Made by a program: the position numbers and the translations under genes
Shown here: in pieces, positions 40,143 to 49,555 of the stretch
Position numbering within the stretch: the first letter of the stretch is position 1
How the letters are laid out: every line of letters starts with the position of its first letter
The notes under the pieces: model-generated
The model's input: the letters and a program-made list of their open reading frames with translations, nothing else
Databases searched by the model: none
Told to the model about the DNA's origin: nothing
Source of the DNA: Cellvibrionales bacterium
Lineage (GTDB): Bacteria; Pseudomonadota; Gammaproteobacteria; Pseudomonadales; GM7GCV1
Direction of reading: 5' to 3'
NCBI GenBank assembly: GCA_014323765.1
Contig: JACONM010000034.1
Location: forward strand, 25,076 to 89,075
DNA length: 64,000 nucleotides

Positions 40143-41265
40143 TCGCCTCCCCTTCCGCCGCGCCGGGCAAATGGATTTTGCCGTTCTCTGCGCCGCGCTC
40201 GCGCTGCCTAACAGTGCGCTGCTACCCGCCCTGCGCCACTGCGGCAGCCCGGCGGAATTGCTGGAAGCCCCGCCGGACGATCTGGCGCAATTCTTCGATG
40301 CGACGGCCCTAAAATCGATCAAAAATTGGCAAAAGCGCGGTCGCCCGCCGCCCGCTTATCAGTCCTATTTGGAGGCGTTGCGCCGCACCGATGCGCACAC
40401 CATGGCTTGTACGGACGCGGATTACCCGCCGCTGCTGAATGAGATCGGCGGCCCGCCGGCCCTGCTGTTTGTGCGCGGCGAGCGCCCCTGTTTGAGCATG
40501 CCGCAGGTCGCCATGGTCGGCAGCCGCAAAGCCAGCCGCGCTGGCGAACAAACCGCCGCCGAATTTGCCGCCGATCTGGGGGCCGCCGGGCTGGCCGTGA
40601 CCAGCGGCCTGGCCCTCGGCATCGACCGCGCCGCGCACCTAGGCGCACTGCGGGCGCAAGCCCCGACTCTGGCGGTGATGGGCACCGGCATCGACCGCAT
40701 CTATCCCCCTCGCCACCGCGAACTGGCCGAGCGCATCCTGCAAGGCGGCGGCGCACTGATATCCGAATTTGTGCCCGGCACCGCGCCGCTACCCCGCCAC
40801 TTCCCGCAGCGCAACCGGGTGGTCACCGGCCTAAGTCTGGGCGTGGTGGTGGTCGAGGCTGGCGAGCGCAGCGGCTCACTCATCAGTGCCCGCCTAGCCG
40901 CCGAGCAAGGGCGCGAGGTGTTCGCCGTGCCCGGTAGCGTGCGCTCCCCAGTCGCCGCCGGCTGCCACCGCCTAATTCGCGATGGGGCCACCCTAGTCAC
41001 CAGTGCCCGCCAAATCATGGAGCCGCTACTGCCCATGCTCAATTTTCAAATACAGGCGCAACCAGATACGCCGGAAAACGCCGAAAATAGCAGCACCGCC
41101 GAACCCGACCACTGGCTAATAAAGGAGATGGACTTCGCCCCAATCTCCGTCGATGAACTCTGCACCCGCTGCAACAAACCAGCCGCCGAGATCACCGCCG
41201 CGCTAGTCGATCTAGAACTGTTAGGCCGGGTCGAAGCCACCGAGACCGGCTATCGGCGCATTTAA
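40132..41265 (+). CDS. dprA: DNA processing protein DprA (Smf)
   Basis: It shows VGSRKAS..G, SGLALGIDRAAH, YPPRHRELAE, RNRVVTGLS and GSLISARLAAEQGREVFAVPG. Confidence 0.9.
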   Translation: MIPNRLPFRRAGQMDFAVLCAALALPNSALLPALRHCGSPAELLEAPPDDLAQFFDATALKSIKNWQKRGRPPPAYQSYLEALRRTDAHTMACTDADYPPLLNEIGGPPALLFVRGERPCLSMPQVAMVGSRKASRAGEQTAAEFAADLGAAGLAVTSGLALGIDRAAHLGALRAQAPTLAVMGTGIDRIYPPRHRELAERILQGGGALISEFVPGTAPLPRHFPQRNRVVTGLSLGVVVVEAGERSGSLISARLAAEQGREVFAVPGSVRSPVAAGCHRLIRDGATLVTSARQIMEPLLPMLNFQIQAQPDTPENAENSSTAEPDHWLIKEMDFAPISVDELCTRCNKPAAEITAALVDLELLGRVEATETGYRRI

Positions 41266-41341
41266 TGAGGTAGAATCCAAAATGTTCGGTCGCTACGCTG
41301 GCCGAGCAGGACTTGTCATTCAATCAATGGGAGAAGTAACC

Positions 41342-42037
41342 ATGCGTATATTTTCACTGATGCCTATTATTTTGCTGGCACTGGCCGGCTGCACTACAAT
41401 GCGCTCGCATTATTCGCCAGAGGTGCAGTATTTTAGCGAACCAGCGGTTAATGCCACGGCTACTGTGGGCCTAGGCGAGGCCATGTTGCGTCAGGGGCGA
41501 ATGGCCGAGCATGACACAATTTATTTTGAACAGGAATGCAAAATTAGTAGTAGGCTAGCGTATTACAGATTATTTCCGGGTTACTGGACGAAAGAAGGAT
41601 CAAACAAGCGGGGTGATTTTTACCGACCGAGCCAGTATGGGAATCCAGCCTCCGTTCGCAAATCTGCGTGGGCCGATCCTTTTCAATCCTTGTATATCCC
41701 GCATCATAAAAGAAAAATCTGTGCAGTAAATGTGTTTAATACCAAAATCTGTAAAAAATACGAGGGTGAATATCAACGCACGACGCAAACTGCAATATCT
41801 GATCAATATTTTCAGCAGCACCTAATTTACGGTGGTGGCCACTGTGAAAAAATCAACATGATTTATCGCGAACTTATCCACAGTGCCGCACGGTCTGCCT
41901 TTGACCATGAAGTGGAATATGACCTGTCCGAGTCAAAAATAATCGGCTATCGCGGAGCCAGAGTTGAAATTATTAATGCCACAAATTCGGAAATTACCTA
42001 CCGAGTGCTGCGCCATTTTAACGAGCCGGGCCGGTAG
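41342..42037 (+). CDS. hypothetical lipoprotein (AT-rich insertion)
   Basis: It has a lipobox (MRIFSLMPIILLALAGC). The gene is markedly AT-richer than its dprA and tsaC neighbours, and I recognise no family. Confidence 0.6.
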   Translation: MRIFSLMPIILLALAGCTTMRSHYSPEVQYFSEPAVNATATVGLGEAMLRQGRMAEHDTIYFEQECKISSRLAYYRLFPGYWTKEGSNKRGDFYRPSQYGNPASVRKSAWADPFQSLYIPHHKRKICAVNVFNTKICKKYEGEYQRTTQTAISDQYFQQHLIYGGGHCEKINMIYRELIHSAARSAFDHEVEYDLSESKIIGYRGARVEIINATNSEITYRVLRHFNEPGR

Positions 42038-42054
42038 CACCGGGCGGCGGCAAA

Positions 42055-42609
42055 ATGGATCTTGATTCATCAGTTAAAGCGGCGGCTAAAAAAATCCGCA
42101 CCGGCGCACTAGTCGCCTACCCCACCGAAGGCGTATGGGGGCTGGGCTGCGACCCGGCCAATCGAGCGGCGGTGCTGCGCCTGCTGAAATTAAAACAGCG
42201 AGCGGTTGACAAGGGTTTAATTCTAGTCGCCGAACAAGTCGCCCACTTTGCGCCTTTTTTACGGGCATTGCCCACCGAATTCAGCCTGCGGCCCGGGGCC
42301 TTTATTACTTGGGTTATCGACCACGGCGGCGCAGCCCCCGCTTGGCTTAGCGGCGGGCGCAACACCCTCGCTGTGCGGCTCAGCACCCATCCGCTAATCG
42401 GCGCGCTCTGTCAGGCGGCGGATATGGCCCTAGTATCGACCTCCGCCAACCCGGCCGGTGCCCCCCCCGCGACCACTGCCGAGCAAGTGCATGATTATTT
42501 TGGCGCGGCGGTGGATACTGTACCGGGCGAATTGGGCACTGGCGGCGGCCCATCGGAAATGCGCGATTATCAAACCGGCGAATTATTGCGCCCATCCGCC
42601 GCCCCGTGA
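42055..42609 (+). CDS. tsaC: L-threonylcarbamoyladenylate synthase (Sua5/YrdC/TsaC family)
   Basis: It shows [18 protein letters not shown] and STSAN, and is 184 aa long. Confidence 0.87.
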   Translation: MDLDSSVKAAAKKIRTGALVAYPTEGVWGLGCDPANRAAVLRLLKLKQRAVDKGLILVAEQVAHFAPFLRALPTEFSLRPGAFITWVIDHGGAAPAWLSGGRNTLAVRLSTHPLIGALCQAADMALVSTSANPAGAPPATTAEQVHDYFGAAVDTVPGELGTGGGPSEMRDYQTGELLRPSAAP

Positions 42610-43538
42610 ATTCGCAAACACTACCCATCGATCAAGTCGAGCACTATTTGCTAGACCTGCAAGAACGCGTCTGCGCCGAACTAGGGCGACTCGATGGCCA
42701 ACCATTCGCTATCGACCGCTGGCAACGCGATAGCGATTCAATCGCCGGCAGCGGCTGCACCCGAGTATTGGCCGCTGGCAAATATATCGAAAAAGGCGGA
42801 GTCAATTATTCACGGGTTAGCGGTGACCGCCTGCCGCCTGCCGCCACCGCCGCCCGCCCGGAATTAGCCGGCCGCGCCTACACCGCCATGGGGGTCTCGC
42901 TGGTCATTCACCCGCGTAACCCCTATGCGCCCACCTCGCATGCCAATGTCCGCCTATTTGTCGCCGAACAATCGGGGCAGCCGCCGGTCTGGTGGTTCGG
43001 CGGCGGCTACGACCTGACCCCCTATTACGGCTTTAGTGAAGATTGCCAACATTGGCACCGCACCGCCGCCACCGCCTGCGCCCCTTTTGGCGCGGACCTT
43101 TACCCGCGCCTAAAAAAATGGTGCGATACCTATTTTTATTTACCCCACCGCAAAGAAGCACGCGGCATTGGCGGCTTGTTTTTTGACGATTTTAACGAGC
43201 GCGATTTCGCTAACAGTTTTGCCTTTATGCGAGCGGTGGGCGACAGTTATTTAAATGCGTATTTACCCATTTTCACCCGCCGTAAAGATTACCAATACAG
43301 CGAGCGTGAGCGGCAATTTCAGCTTTACCGTCGCGGGCGTTATGTGGAGTTTAATTTAGTCCACGACCGCGGCACCCTATTCGGCCTGCAATCCGGCGGG
43401 CGCACCGAATCCATCCTCATGTCCCTGCCGCCGCAAGTGGCATGGCATTACGCTTGGCAGCCCGACCCCGGCTCGCCCGAAGCGCGGCTTTACACGGATT
43501 TTCTACCGCCCCGCGACTGGCTAGGGGGCGACTCATGA
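42606..43538 (+). CDS. hemF: oxygen-dependent coproporphyrinogen III oxidase
   Basis: It shows [47 protein letters not shown] and YVEFNLV.DRGT.FGL. Confidence 0.95.
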   Translation: MNSQTLPIDQVEHYLLDLQERVCAELGRLDGQPFAIDRWQRDSDSIAGSGCTRVLAAGKYIEKGGVNYSRVSGDRLPPAATAARPELAGRAYTAMGVSLVIHPRNPYAPTSHANVRLFVAEQSGQPPVWWFGGGYDLTPYYGFSEDCQHWHRTAATACAPFGADLYPRLKKWCDTYFYLPHRKEARGIGGLFFDDFNERDFANSFAFMRAVGDSYLNAYLPIFTRRKDYQYSERERQFQLYRRGRYVEFNLVHDRGTLFGLQSGGRTESILMSLPPQVAWHYAWQPDPGSPEARLYTDFLPPRDWLGGDS

Positions 43539-44419
43539 CCGACCGCTACGCCGTATTCGGCGACCCCATCGACCACAGCCTCTCGCCGCAAATCCACCGC
43601 CTATTCGCCACCGAGACCGGGCAGGATATAAGCTATGTCGCCCAGCGCGTCGCGGTCGGCAAATTGGCAGAGGCGGCAAAGCATTTTTTTACAGCGGGCG
43701 GCAAGGGCTTAAACATCACCTTGCCATTAAAAACCGAAGCCTACGATTTTGCCGACCGCCTAACCGAGCGGGCACAATTAGCCGGTGCGGTAAATACCCT
43801 AGCATTGCAACCCGATGGCACAATTTTAGGCGATAACACCGACGGTGTGGGCCTAGTCCGCGCCCTAGAAGAAATCTGCGGCTGGCCACTACAGGATCAA
43901 CGGCTGTTAATTCTCGGCGCCGGCGGTGCCGCCCGCGGCGTTATTGCCCCGCTATTACAAGCCAAAGTGCGATCCATTTGCATCGCCAACCGCACAGCAA
44001 AAAAAGCCCAGCAATTAGCAAGCGATTTTGCCGCGCTATCGAATAATTTAACTGGCATCGACACAGTTGAATTAGCCCACCAGAAAAAACCTTTCGACCT
44101 AATAATAAACGCCACCAGTGCGGCCCGGTCCGGCGGCGCATTAACCTTACCCGACCAAATAATCGCCCCCCAAACTCGTGCCTACGACATGGGATACGCC
44201 ACCCAACCCACCGCCTTCATGCGCTGGGCCAGCCAGCAAGCAGCAACCGCAGCAGACGGCACAAGCATGCTAGTCTGCCAAGCCGCCGAGTCCTTCCACC
44301 TGTGGCGCAACAAGCGCCCAAGCGCTGTCTCGACAATCGCAAAATTGCGCTCAGATAGCGTACAATCGACATCAGATCGCACACAACCGCAAGCAAAGCA
44401 GCACAAACAGAGAGAATGA
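43535..44419 (+). CDS. aroE: shikimate dehydrogenase
   Basis: It begins [21 protein letters not shown] and has NITLPLK, NTDG.G and [10 protein letters not shown]. The ATGA overlaps the hemF stop. The last ~25 codons run into island-derived leader sequence. Confidence 0.9.
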   Translation: MTDRYAVFGDPIDHSLSPQIHRLFATETGQDISYVAQRVAVGKLAEAAKHFFTAGGKGLNITLPLKTEAYDFADRLTERAQLAGAVNTLALQPDGTILGDNTDGVGLVRALEEICGWPLQDQRLLILGAGGAARGVIAPLLQAKVRSICIANRTAKKAQQLASDFAALSNNLTGIDTVELAHQKKPFDLIINATSAARSGGALTLPDQIIAPQTRAYDMGYATQPTAFMRWASQQAATAADGTSMLVCQAAESFHLWRNKRPSAVSTIAKLRSDSVQSTSDRTQPQAKQHKQRE

Positions 44420-44477
44420 CAGTGACGACAACAGCAAACGCTAACGCTTTAGGCATATTCACCCGGAGACATTATTC
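44341..44477 (+). promoter_or_regulatory. conserved leader/promoter block, copy 1 (upstream of the first MTase-nuclease fusion)
   Basis: It shares ordered blocks with 45989-46130: AAAATTGC, TACAATCG (-10-like), CGCAC, AACCG, CAGTGACG, CTAACGCT and CCGGAGAC (RBS). Confidence 0.5.
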
Positions 44478-45935
44478 ATGAATCGCTTATATTACGGCGA
44501 CAACCTAACCATCATGCAGGAAATGGAACCCGCCAGCGTCGATCTCATTTACCTCGACCCACCCTTTAATTCCAACCGCTCCTACAACGCCATCTACAAA
44601 GATGAAACCGGTCGGCCTCTTCCGGACCAGATCGATGCCTTTTGCGATCTATGGACGCTAAACGAAGAGCATGAGCGAGCCATCCGCCATATGCCAGTGA
44701 TCCTGCGAGAAGCAGGGCTAGACGATGAAACAGTCGAATTCTGGCGACTGTGGATGAACGCCCTACGAAAAACCCAACCCACCATGCTGGCGTATCTGTC
44801 TTACATGATGCAGCGACTCATTGTAATGAAGCGACTGCTACGCCCCACCGGCTCAATTTATCTGCACTGCGATCCCACAGCCAGCCATTACATCAAAGTA
44901 ATGATGGATGTGGTTTTTGGGAATAAAAATTTTCTCAATGAGATCGCGTGGTGCTACAAATCGGGCGGTGCCAGCAAACGTTGGTTTGCCCGCAAGCACG
45001 ATGTGCTGCTGTATTATGCGCATTCAAAAGGAAGCCACTTATTCCATCCGATAAAAATAAAATCATACGGTCAAAGCGGCGGAGGGCAAGGCGGCAAAGT
45101 TAAATATCACAAAGACAGTCAAGGCACCTATTCGATTGTAAGTGCCCGTGATTGGTGGGAAATATCGATGCTTTCAACTACGCATCCGGAACGCCTAGGC
45201 TACGCCACTCAAAAACCATTAGCCCTGCTAGAACGGGTAATCCAAGCCAGCAGCAACGAAGGCGACACAGTCCTAGACCCTTTCTGCGGCTGCGCCACCA
45301 CCTTAGAAGCCGCGCACCGACTTAAGCGAAATTGGATCGGCATAGACATTGCCATCCACGCCATAAAGCGAGTAGCCGCTATCCGCCTAGGCGAACGCTG
45401 CCACCTAAAGCAAGGCAAAGACTTTGCAATAGCCGGGATCCCACACAGCCTAGAAGGCGCAAAAGATTTATGGGAGCGAGACAAGTACCACTTCCAGAAA
45501 TGGGCCGTGGAGGAAGTAGATGGGTTTGTTACCGCCAAGCGCACCGCCGATGGCGGCATAGACGGCAGGCTGTACTTCGACATGCCCGGCCAGCGCGATC
45601 TGCAAAGCATGATCCTAGAAGTCAAGGGCGGTAAAAATGTCAGCATCGCCGACTTCCGCGCTTTGCACAGTGTCCTAGAGCGAGAAGAAGCCTTAATGGC
45701 TGGCTTAATCACCATGGAACCGCTACCCGACCGCCAAAAAACCAACTTCCTAAAACTGGCCGCCCAAGCCGGCGACCTAGAAATGCCCGGCTCAATCCGC
45801 CATTACCCCAAACTCCAGATCCTATCCGTACCCGAAATCCTAGAAGGCAAGCGGTTTGCAACCCCTACTCCTATGGGGAAGTCTGGATCTTTACAAAACA
45901 GATTCAGCTATGCCGCTAACCCAAGCGATTGTTGA
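44478..45935 (+). CDS. N6/N4 DNA methyltransferase (DPPF) fused to a C-terminal Mrr-like PD-(D/E)XK restriction-endonuclease domain
   Basis: It has DLIYLDPPFNSNR and ATQKPLALLERVI...VLDPFCGCATT. The C-terminus reads FQKWAVEEV...ADGGIDGRLYF...MILEVKGGKN, the Mrr catalytic-domain pattern. Confidence 0.85.
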   Translation: MNRLYYGDNLTIMQEMEPASVDLIYLDPPFNSNRSYNAIYKDETGRPLPDQIDAFCDLWTLNEEHERAIRHMPVILREAGLDDETVEFWRLWMNALRKTQPTMLAYLSYMMQRLIVMKRLLRPTGSIYLHCDPTASHYIKVMMDVVFGNKNFLNEIAWCYKSGGASKRWFARKHDVLLYYAHSKGSHLFHPIKIKSYGQSGGGQGGKVKYHKDSQGTYSIVSARDWWEISMLSTTHPERLGYATQKPLALLERVIQASSNEGDTVLDPFCGCATTLEAAHRLKRNWIGIDIAIHAIKRVAAIRLGERCHLKQGKDFAIAGIPHSLEGAKDLWERDKYHFQKWAVEEVDGFVTAKRTADGGIDGRLYFDMPGQRDLQSMILEVKGGKNVSIADFRALHSVLEREEALMAGLITMEPLPDRQKTNFLKLAAQAGDLEMPGSIRHYPKLQILSVPEILEGKRFATPTPMGKSGSLQNRFSYAANPSDC

Positions 45936-45988
45936 TGGCGGCACTAATTCAACCGTGGTAAGCGGTCGAGTGCCACCCAAGCCAGTGT

Positions 45989-46130
45989 AAAATTGCAAAT
46001 AAATGGCATACAATCGGTATCATGGTGGAGCGCACGAAACCGTACTCGAGACAGCAGACATAGAGGAAACCACAGTGACGGCAATGGAAAATTCTAACGC
46101 TGCCTGCCCGTTTATCCGGAGACCCTGCCC
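45989..46130 (+). promoter_or_regulatory. conserved leader/promoter block, copy 2
   Basis: It has the same ordered blocks as 44341-44477, with identical 20-nt spacing between AAAATTGC and TACAATCG. Confidence 0.5.
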
Positions 46131-47744
46131 GTGAACCGTCTATATTACGGCGACAACCTAACCATCATGCAGGAAATGGAATCCGCCAGCGTCGATCTCA
46201 TTTACCTCGACCCACCGTTCAATTCCAACCGTGACTACCACGCCATCTACAAAAGCGAGACCGGTCGCCCCATAAACGCCCAAGTGGTCGCCTTCACCGA
46301 CCAATGGGAATACACGGCTCGTACCGAAGCCGCCAGTAAAGAACTGCCGCATGCAATGGCCGCGGTCGGTATTGATGGTACTTGGTGGCTCGGCTTAGCC
46401 AGTATGCTCCGCGCCAGCGACCCGCCATTGCTGGCTTACCTCACCTATATGACCGAGCGGCTAATAATAATGCGCCGCCTGCTCAAACCCACCGGCAGCC
46501 TTTATTTACACTGCGACGACGAAGCTGTCCATTACCTAAAAATTGTGCTGGACGGAATTTTCGGACGCACCAATTTCCGCAATCAAATTGCATGGCAACG
46601 CATAAAAGGGGCCGGCAAACGCAGCCAACACGGAATCAAAAATTACGGACGTTCATCGGATATCCTCCTTTTTTACAGTGCCGGCAAAACCTACACCTTT
46701 AATGCGCAAGCAATTAGCCTACTGTACGCTGACATTGAAAAATCTTTTCCGTTCACGGATAAAAAAGGCCGTTACAAACGAAGAAGTCCATTCCGCCCCC
46801 CGGGTTTAGGTCCGCGCCCAAATCTTTGTTACGAATACAAAGGGGTTTTCCCCCCGCACCCTTCTGGCTGGACAGTAAAAGAAAGTAAATTGGCCGCGCT
46901 AGATAAGGCGGGGGAGTTAGAATGGATCGGGCAAAAACCTTGGCGCAAACAGCGACCATCCAGCGGCATAGTCCCGAACAACATCTGGACGGACATCAAC
47001 CCCCCATCAAAAAGCGAGCGCCTAGGCTACCCCACCCAAAAGCCCCTAAAACTCCTCGACCGCATAATAAAAGCCAGCAGCAACGAAGGCGATCTAGTCC
47101 TAGACCCCTTTTGCGGCTGCGCAACCACCATCGAGGCCGCACACCGATTGAATCGCCGATAGATCGGCATCGATATCGCCTACTACGCCATCAAATGCGT
47201 CTCCCGCGACCGCCTAGCCGACCAACTCAACCTGATTCCGGATCAGCACTTCGCCATCGAAGGGGTGCCCAATTCCTTCGAGAGCGCACTCGACCTATGG
47301 ACGCGAGATCCTTACCACTTCCAACAATGGGCAGTAAGCCTTGTCGAAGGAATCGTCCTCGCCCGCCAAAGCGGTGATAAAGGCATAGACGGCTGGATAT
47401 TCTTCGACCTGCCCGATCAAAAAGACTGCGCCGGCATGGTGCTAGAAGTCAAGGGCGGCCAAAACCCGACTGCCGAAAATGTCCGCAGCCTAGGCGGCGT
47501 ACTCGACCGCGAACCGTTCGCCGAAATGGCCGGCCTAATTCTGCTACACCCACCGGGAACTCAAAAACGCCGCAACTTCGAGACTGAAATGGCCGCCGCC
47601 GGCCACCTCGAAGTCAAAGGCCGAAAACACCCCCGCATGCAAATCCTCACCATCGAAGAAATACTCGCCGGCAAACAATTCGACTTACCCGCCCCACCCC
47701 GCACCAGCCGCGATCCCAATCGCCAGTTGACGGGCATCCTTTAA
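46131..47744 (+). pseudogene. paralogous MTase/Mrr-like nuclease fusion interrupted by one in-frame amber codon (TAG 47160-47162)
   Basis: ORFs 46131-47162 and 47265-47744 are in the same frame. RLNRR*IGIDIA aligns with RLKRNWIGIDIA in the paralogue (TGG to TAG). The central region is divergent. Confidence 0.8.
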
Positions 47745-47822
47745 CAGAGTAAGTTTGCCGAATTCAACTCAAGCATCTGTCGTTTTTTCTATCGGGATAT
47801 GAAAACCTTTGAGGAAGGATAA

Positions 47823-48815
47823 ATGAATCAAGCAAAATGTCCAATAACTGGACTTCCAGCGGTCTATCGAAATGGCTTCAATACAGGCATACATTACTAC
47901 AGCGTGGATGATACTGAGCTTTCCTACGGGATTACTAGGGAGGCAAGAGAAGACAAACTGCCAATATTAAAGAAGGAGAAAGTTCAACTGAAGTTGACCA
48001 AACTTGCATTTTGGATCTTGCAACAGAATAGACGCGGTATTAGGAATCCCGTTATTTATTCGGCTGACGTTGACTATTTGGTGAACATGCCAATGCCACG
48101 TCTTCGTGACAGGATGGTCAGTTTTATGTCTTCGTTTCGACAGGCAACGAATGGAACGCTTATCAAAATAAACGCAGCTAGATTTATTCCCGTATGGAGA
48201 ATTGCGTCATGTTCTTTTAATGATGATGATTTAGCTTCGTTTATCGAGCAGATGACATCGCTTGGTTACATTGATTGTAAATTTTCTCGTACCATGAGTG
48301 GTGTTGTATTCGGGAACGCCTCTTTGACATTTGCCGGGTTGCAATTTTTGGAAGAATTGGAATCAAAAAATGCACTTTCGAAAGAAGTTTTCCTCGCAAT
48401 GTGGTTTGACTCTTCAATGGATATACTTTTCCGGCATTTAAAAGAAGAGTTTAAACGCAATACCGATATGGAATTGGTCCGGATAGATAAAACGGAACAC
48501 AACAACAAGATTGACGATGAAATAATCGCCCGCCTCAGAAGCAGTCGTCTGGTCATCGCCGATTTTACCTGCGCTGATGCGGGTAAAGCTCATCGCGGCG
48601 GCGTTTATTATGAAGCGGGGTTTGCTCATGGCCTGAATAGACATGTGATTTTCACTGTTAGAGAAGATTGCGTTAAAAACCTTCATTTTGATACACGACA
48701 ATATAATCACATTGTTTGGAAGCAAAATGAATCCAGTGAGCTGGTCGTGGCAGGAGATGAAAACAAACCACTCGGACAAGCCATATTGGAGAGGATTCAA
48801 GCCCTTGGGGCTTAA
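47823..48815 (+). CDS. hypothetical protein: unknown N-terminal region, winged-helix-like middle, C-terminal nucleoside 2-deoxyribosyltransferase/TIR-like domain
   Basis: It is the most AT-rich gene in the window. Its C-terminus (VFLAMWFD...IDDEIIARLRSSRLVIADFT...GGVYYEAGFAHGLNRHVIF) matches the NDT-like Rossmannoid pattern by eye. Confidence 0.6.
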   Translation: MNQAKCPITGLPAVYRNGFNTGIHYYSVDDTELSYGITREAREDKLPILKKEKVQLKLTKLAFWILQQNRRGIRNPVIYSADVDYLVNMPMPRLRDRMVSFMSSFRQATNGTLIKINAARFIPVWRIASCSFNDDDLASFIEQMTSLGYIDCKFSRTMSGVVFGNASLTFAGLQFLEELESKNALSKEVFLAMWFDSSMDILFRHLKEEFKRNTDMELVRIDKTEHNNKIDDEIIARLRSSRLVIADFTCADAGKAHRGGVYYEAGFAHGLNRHVIFTVREDCVKNLHFDTRQYNHIVWKQNESSELVVAGDENKPLGQAILERIQALGA

Positions 48816-48892
48816 TTCTTTTTCTAGGATGTGGTTTTTATGTTAAGCACCTATGCTATCGTAACCAACACACACTTCAACGGGAACACACC

Positions 48893-49555
48893 ATGCGAAC
48901 ACCAATTCTCGGTCCACACCTAATCGCCGCCCTAGCCCTGCTACTAGGCACGGTCCAAGCCCATGCGCAGGCACTAGTGGCGCAGCTGGACTCCGACAAT
49001 TCCAGCTTGAGTTTTGTTAGCGTCAAGGCGGGGGATATTGGCGAGGTTCACCGCTTCACGCGGTTGTCTGGCGGCATTGCCGAGGGGCGGCTTCGGGTGG
49101 ATATTGAGGTTGCCAGCCTCGACAGCGGCATTGCCATCCGCGATAAACGCATGCTGGAACACCTGTTCCGCGCCGCCGACCATCCGCGCATTCGGGTCGA
49201 GGCTACGGTTGCGGTCGACCAGATTCCTATGGGGGCCTCGCAACGGGAGGTCGATGCCGAACTGCTGCTGCTTGGCAAATCGCACCCGGTGCGGCTGGCG
49301 GTTACCGTGGTGCGCATGCCTTATTTGTTACAGGTGGCGGCCAGCCAGCCGCTGATGCTTAATGCCGCCAGTTTAGGGCTGACCGATGCCTTGCGTACGC
49401 TGGGCGGGCTGGTCGGTGGCATTCCCATTAGCGCGGCGGTGCCGGTCTACTTCAATTTGATTTTTGCGTTGGCACCGGCGGCCAGCTCGCGCTATTTGCC
49501 CTACGCCACGCCCAATACCGGCGGGGAAGCTCCGCCCGCCGCGAAGCCGGACTAA
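48893..49555 (+). CDS. YceI-like domain protein
   Basis: It has a signal peptide plus SLSFVSVKAG...VHRFTRLSG...SLDSGIAIRDKRMLEHLF...HPRI. Confidence 0.75.
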   Translation: MRTPILGPHLIAALALLLGTVQAHAQALVAQLDSDNSSLSFVSVKAGDIGEVHRFTRLSGGIAEGRLRVDIEVASLDSGIAIRDKRMLEHLFRAADHPRIRVEATVAVDQIPMGASQREVDAELLLLGKSHPVRLAVTVVRMPYLLQVAASQPLMLNAASLGLTDALRTLGGLVGGIPISAAVPVYFNLIFALAPAASSRYLPYATPNTGGEAPPAAKPD

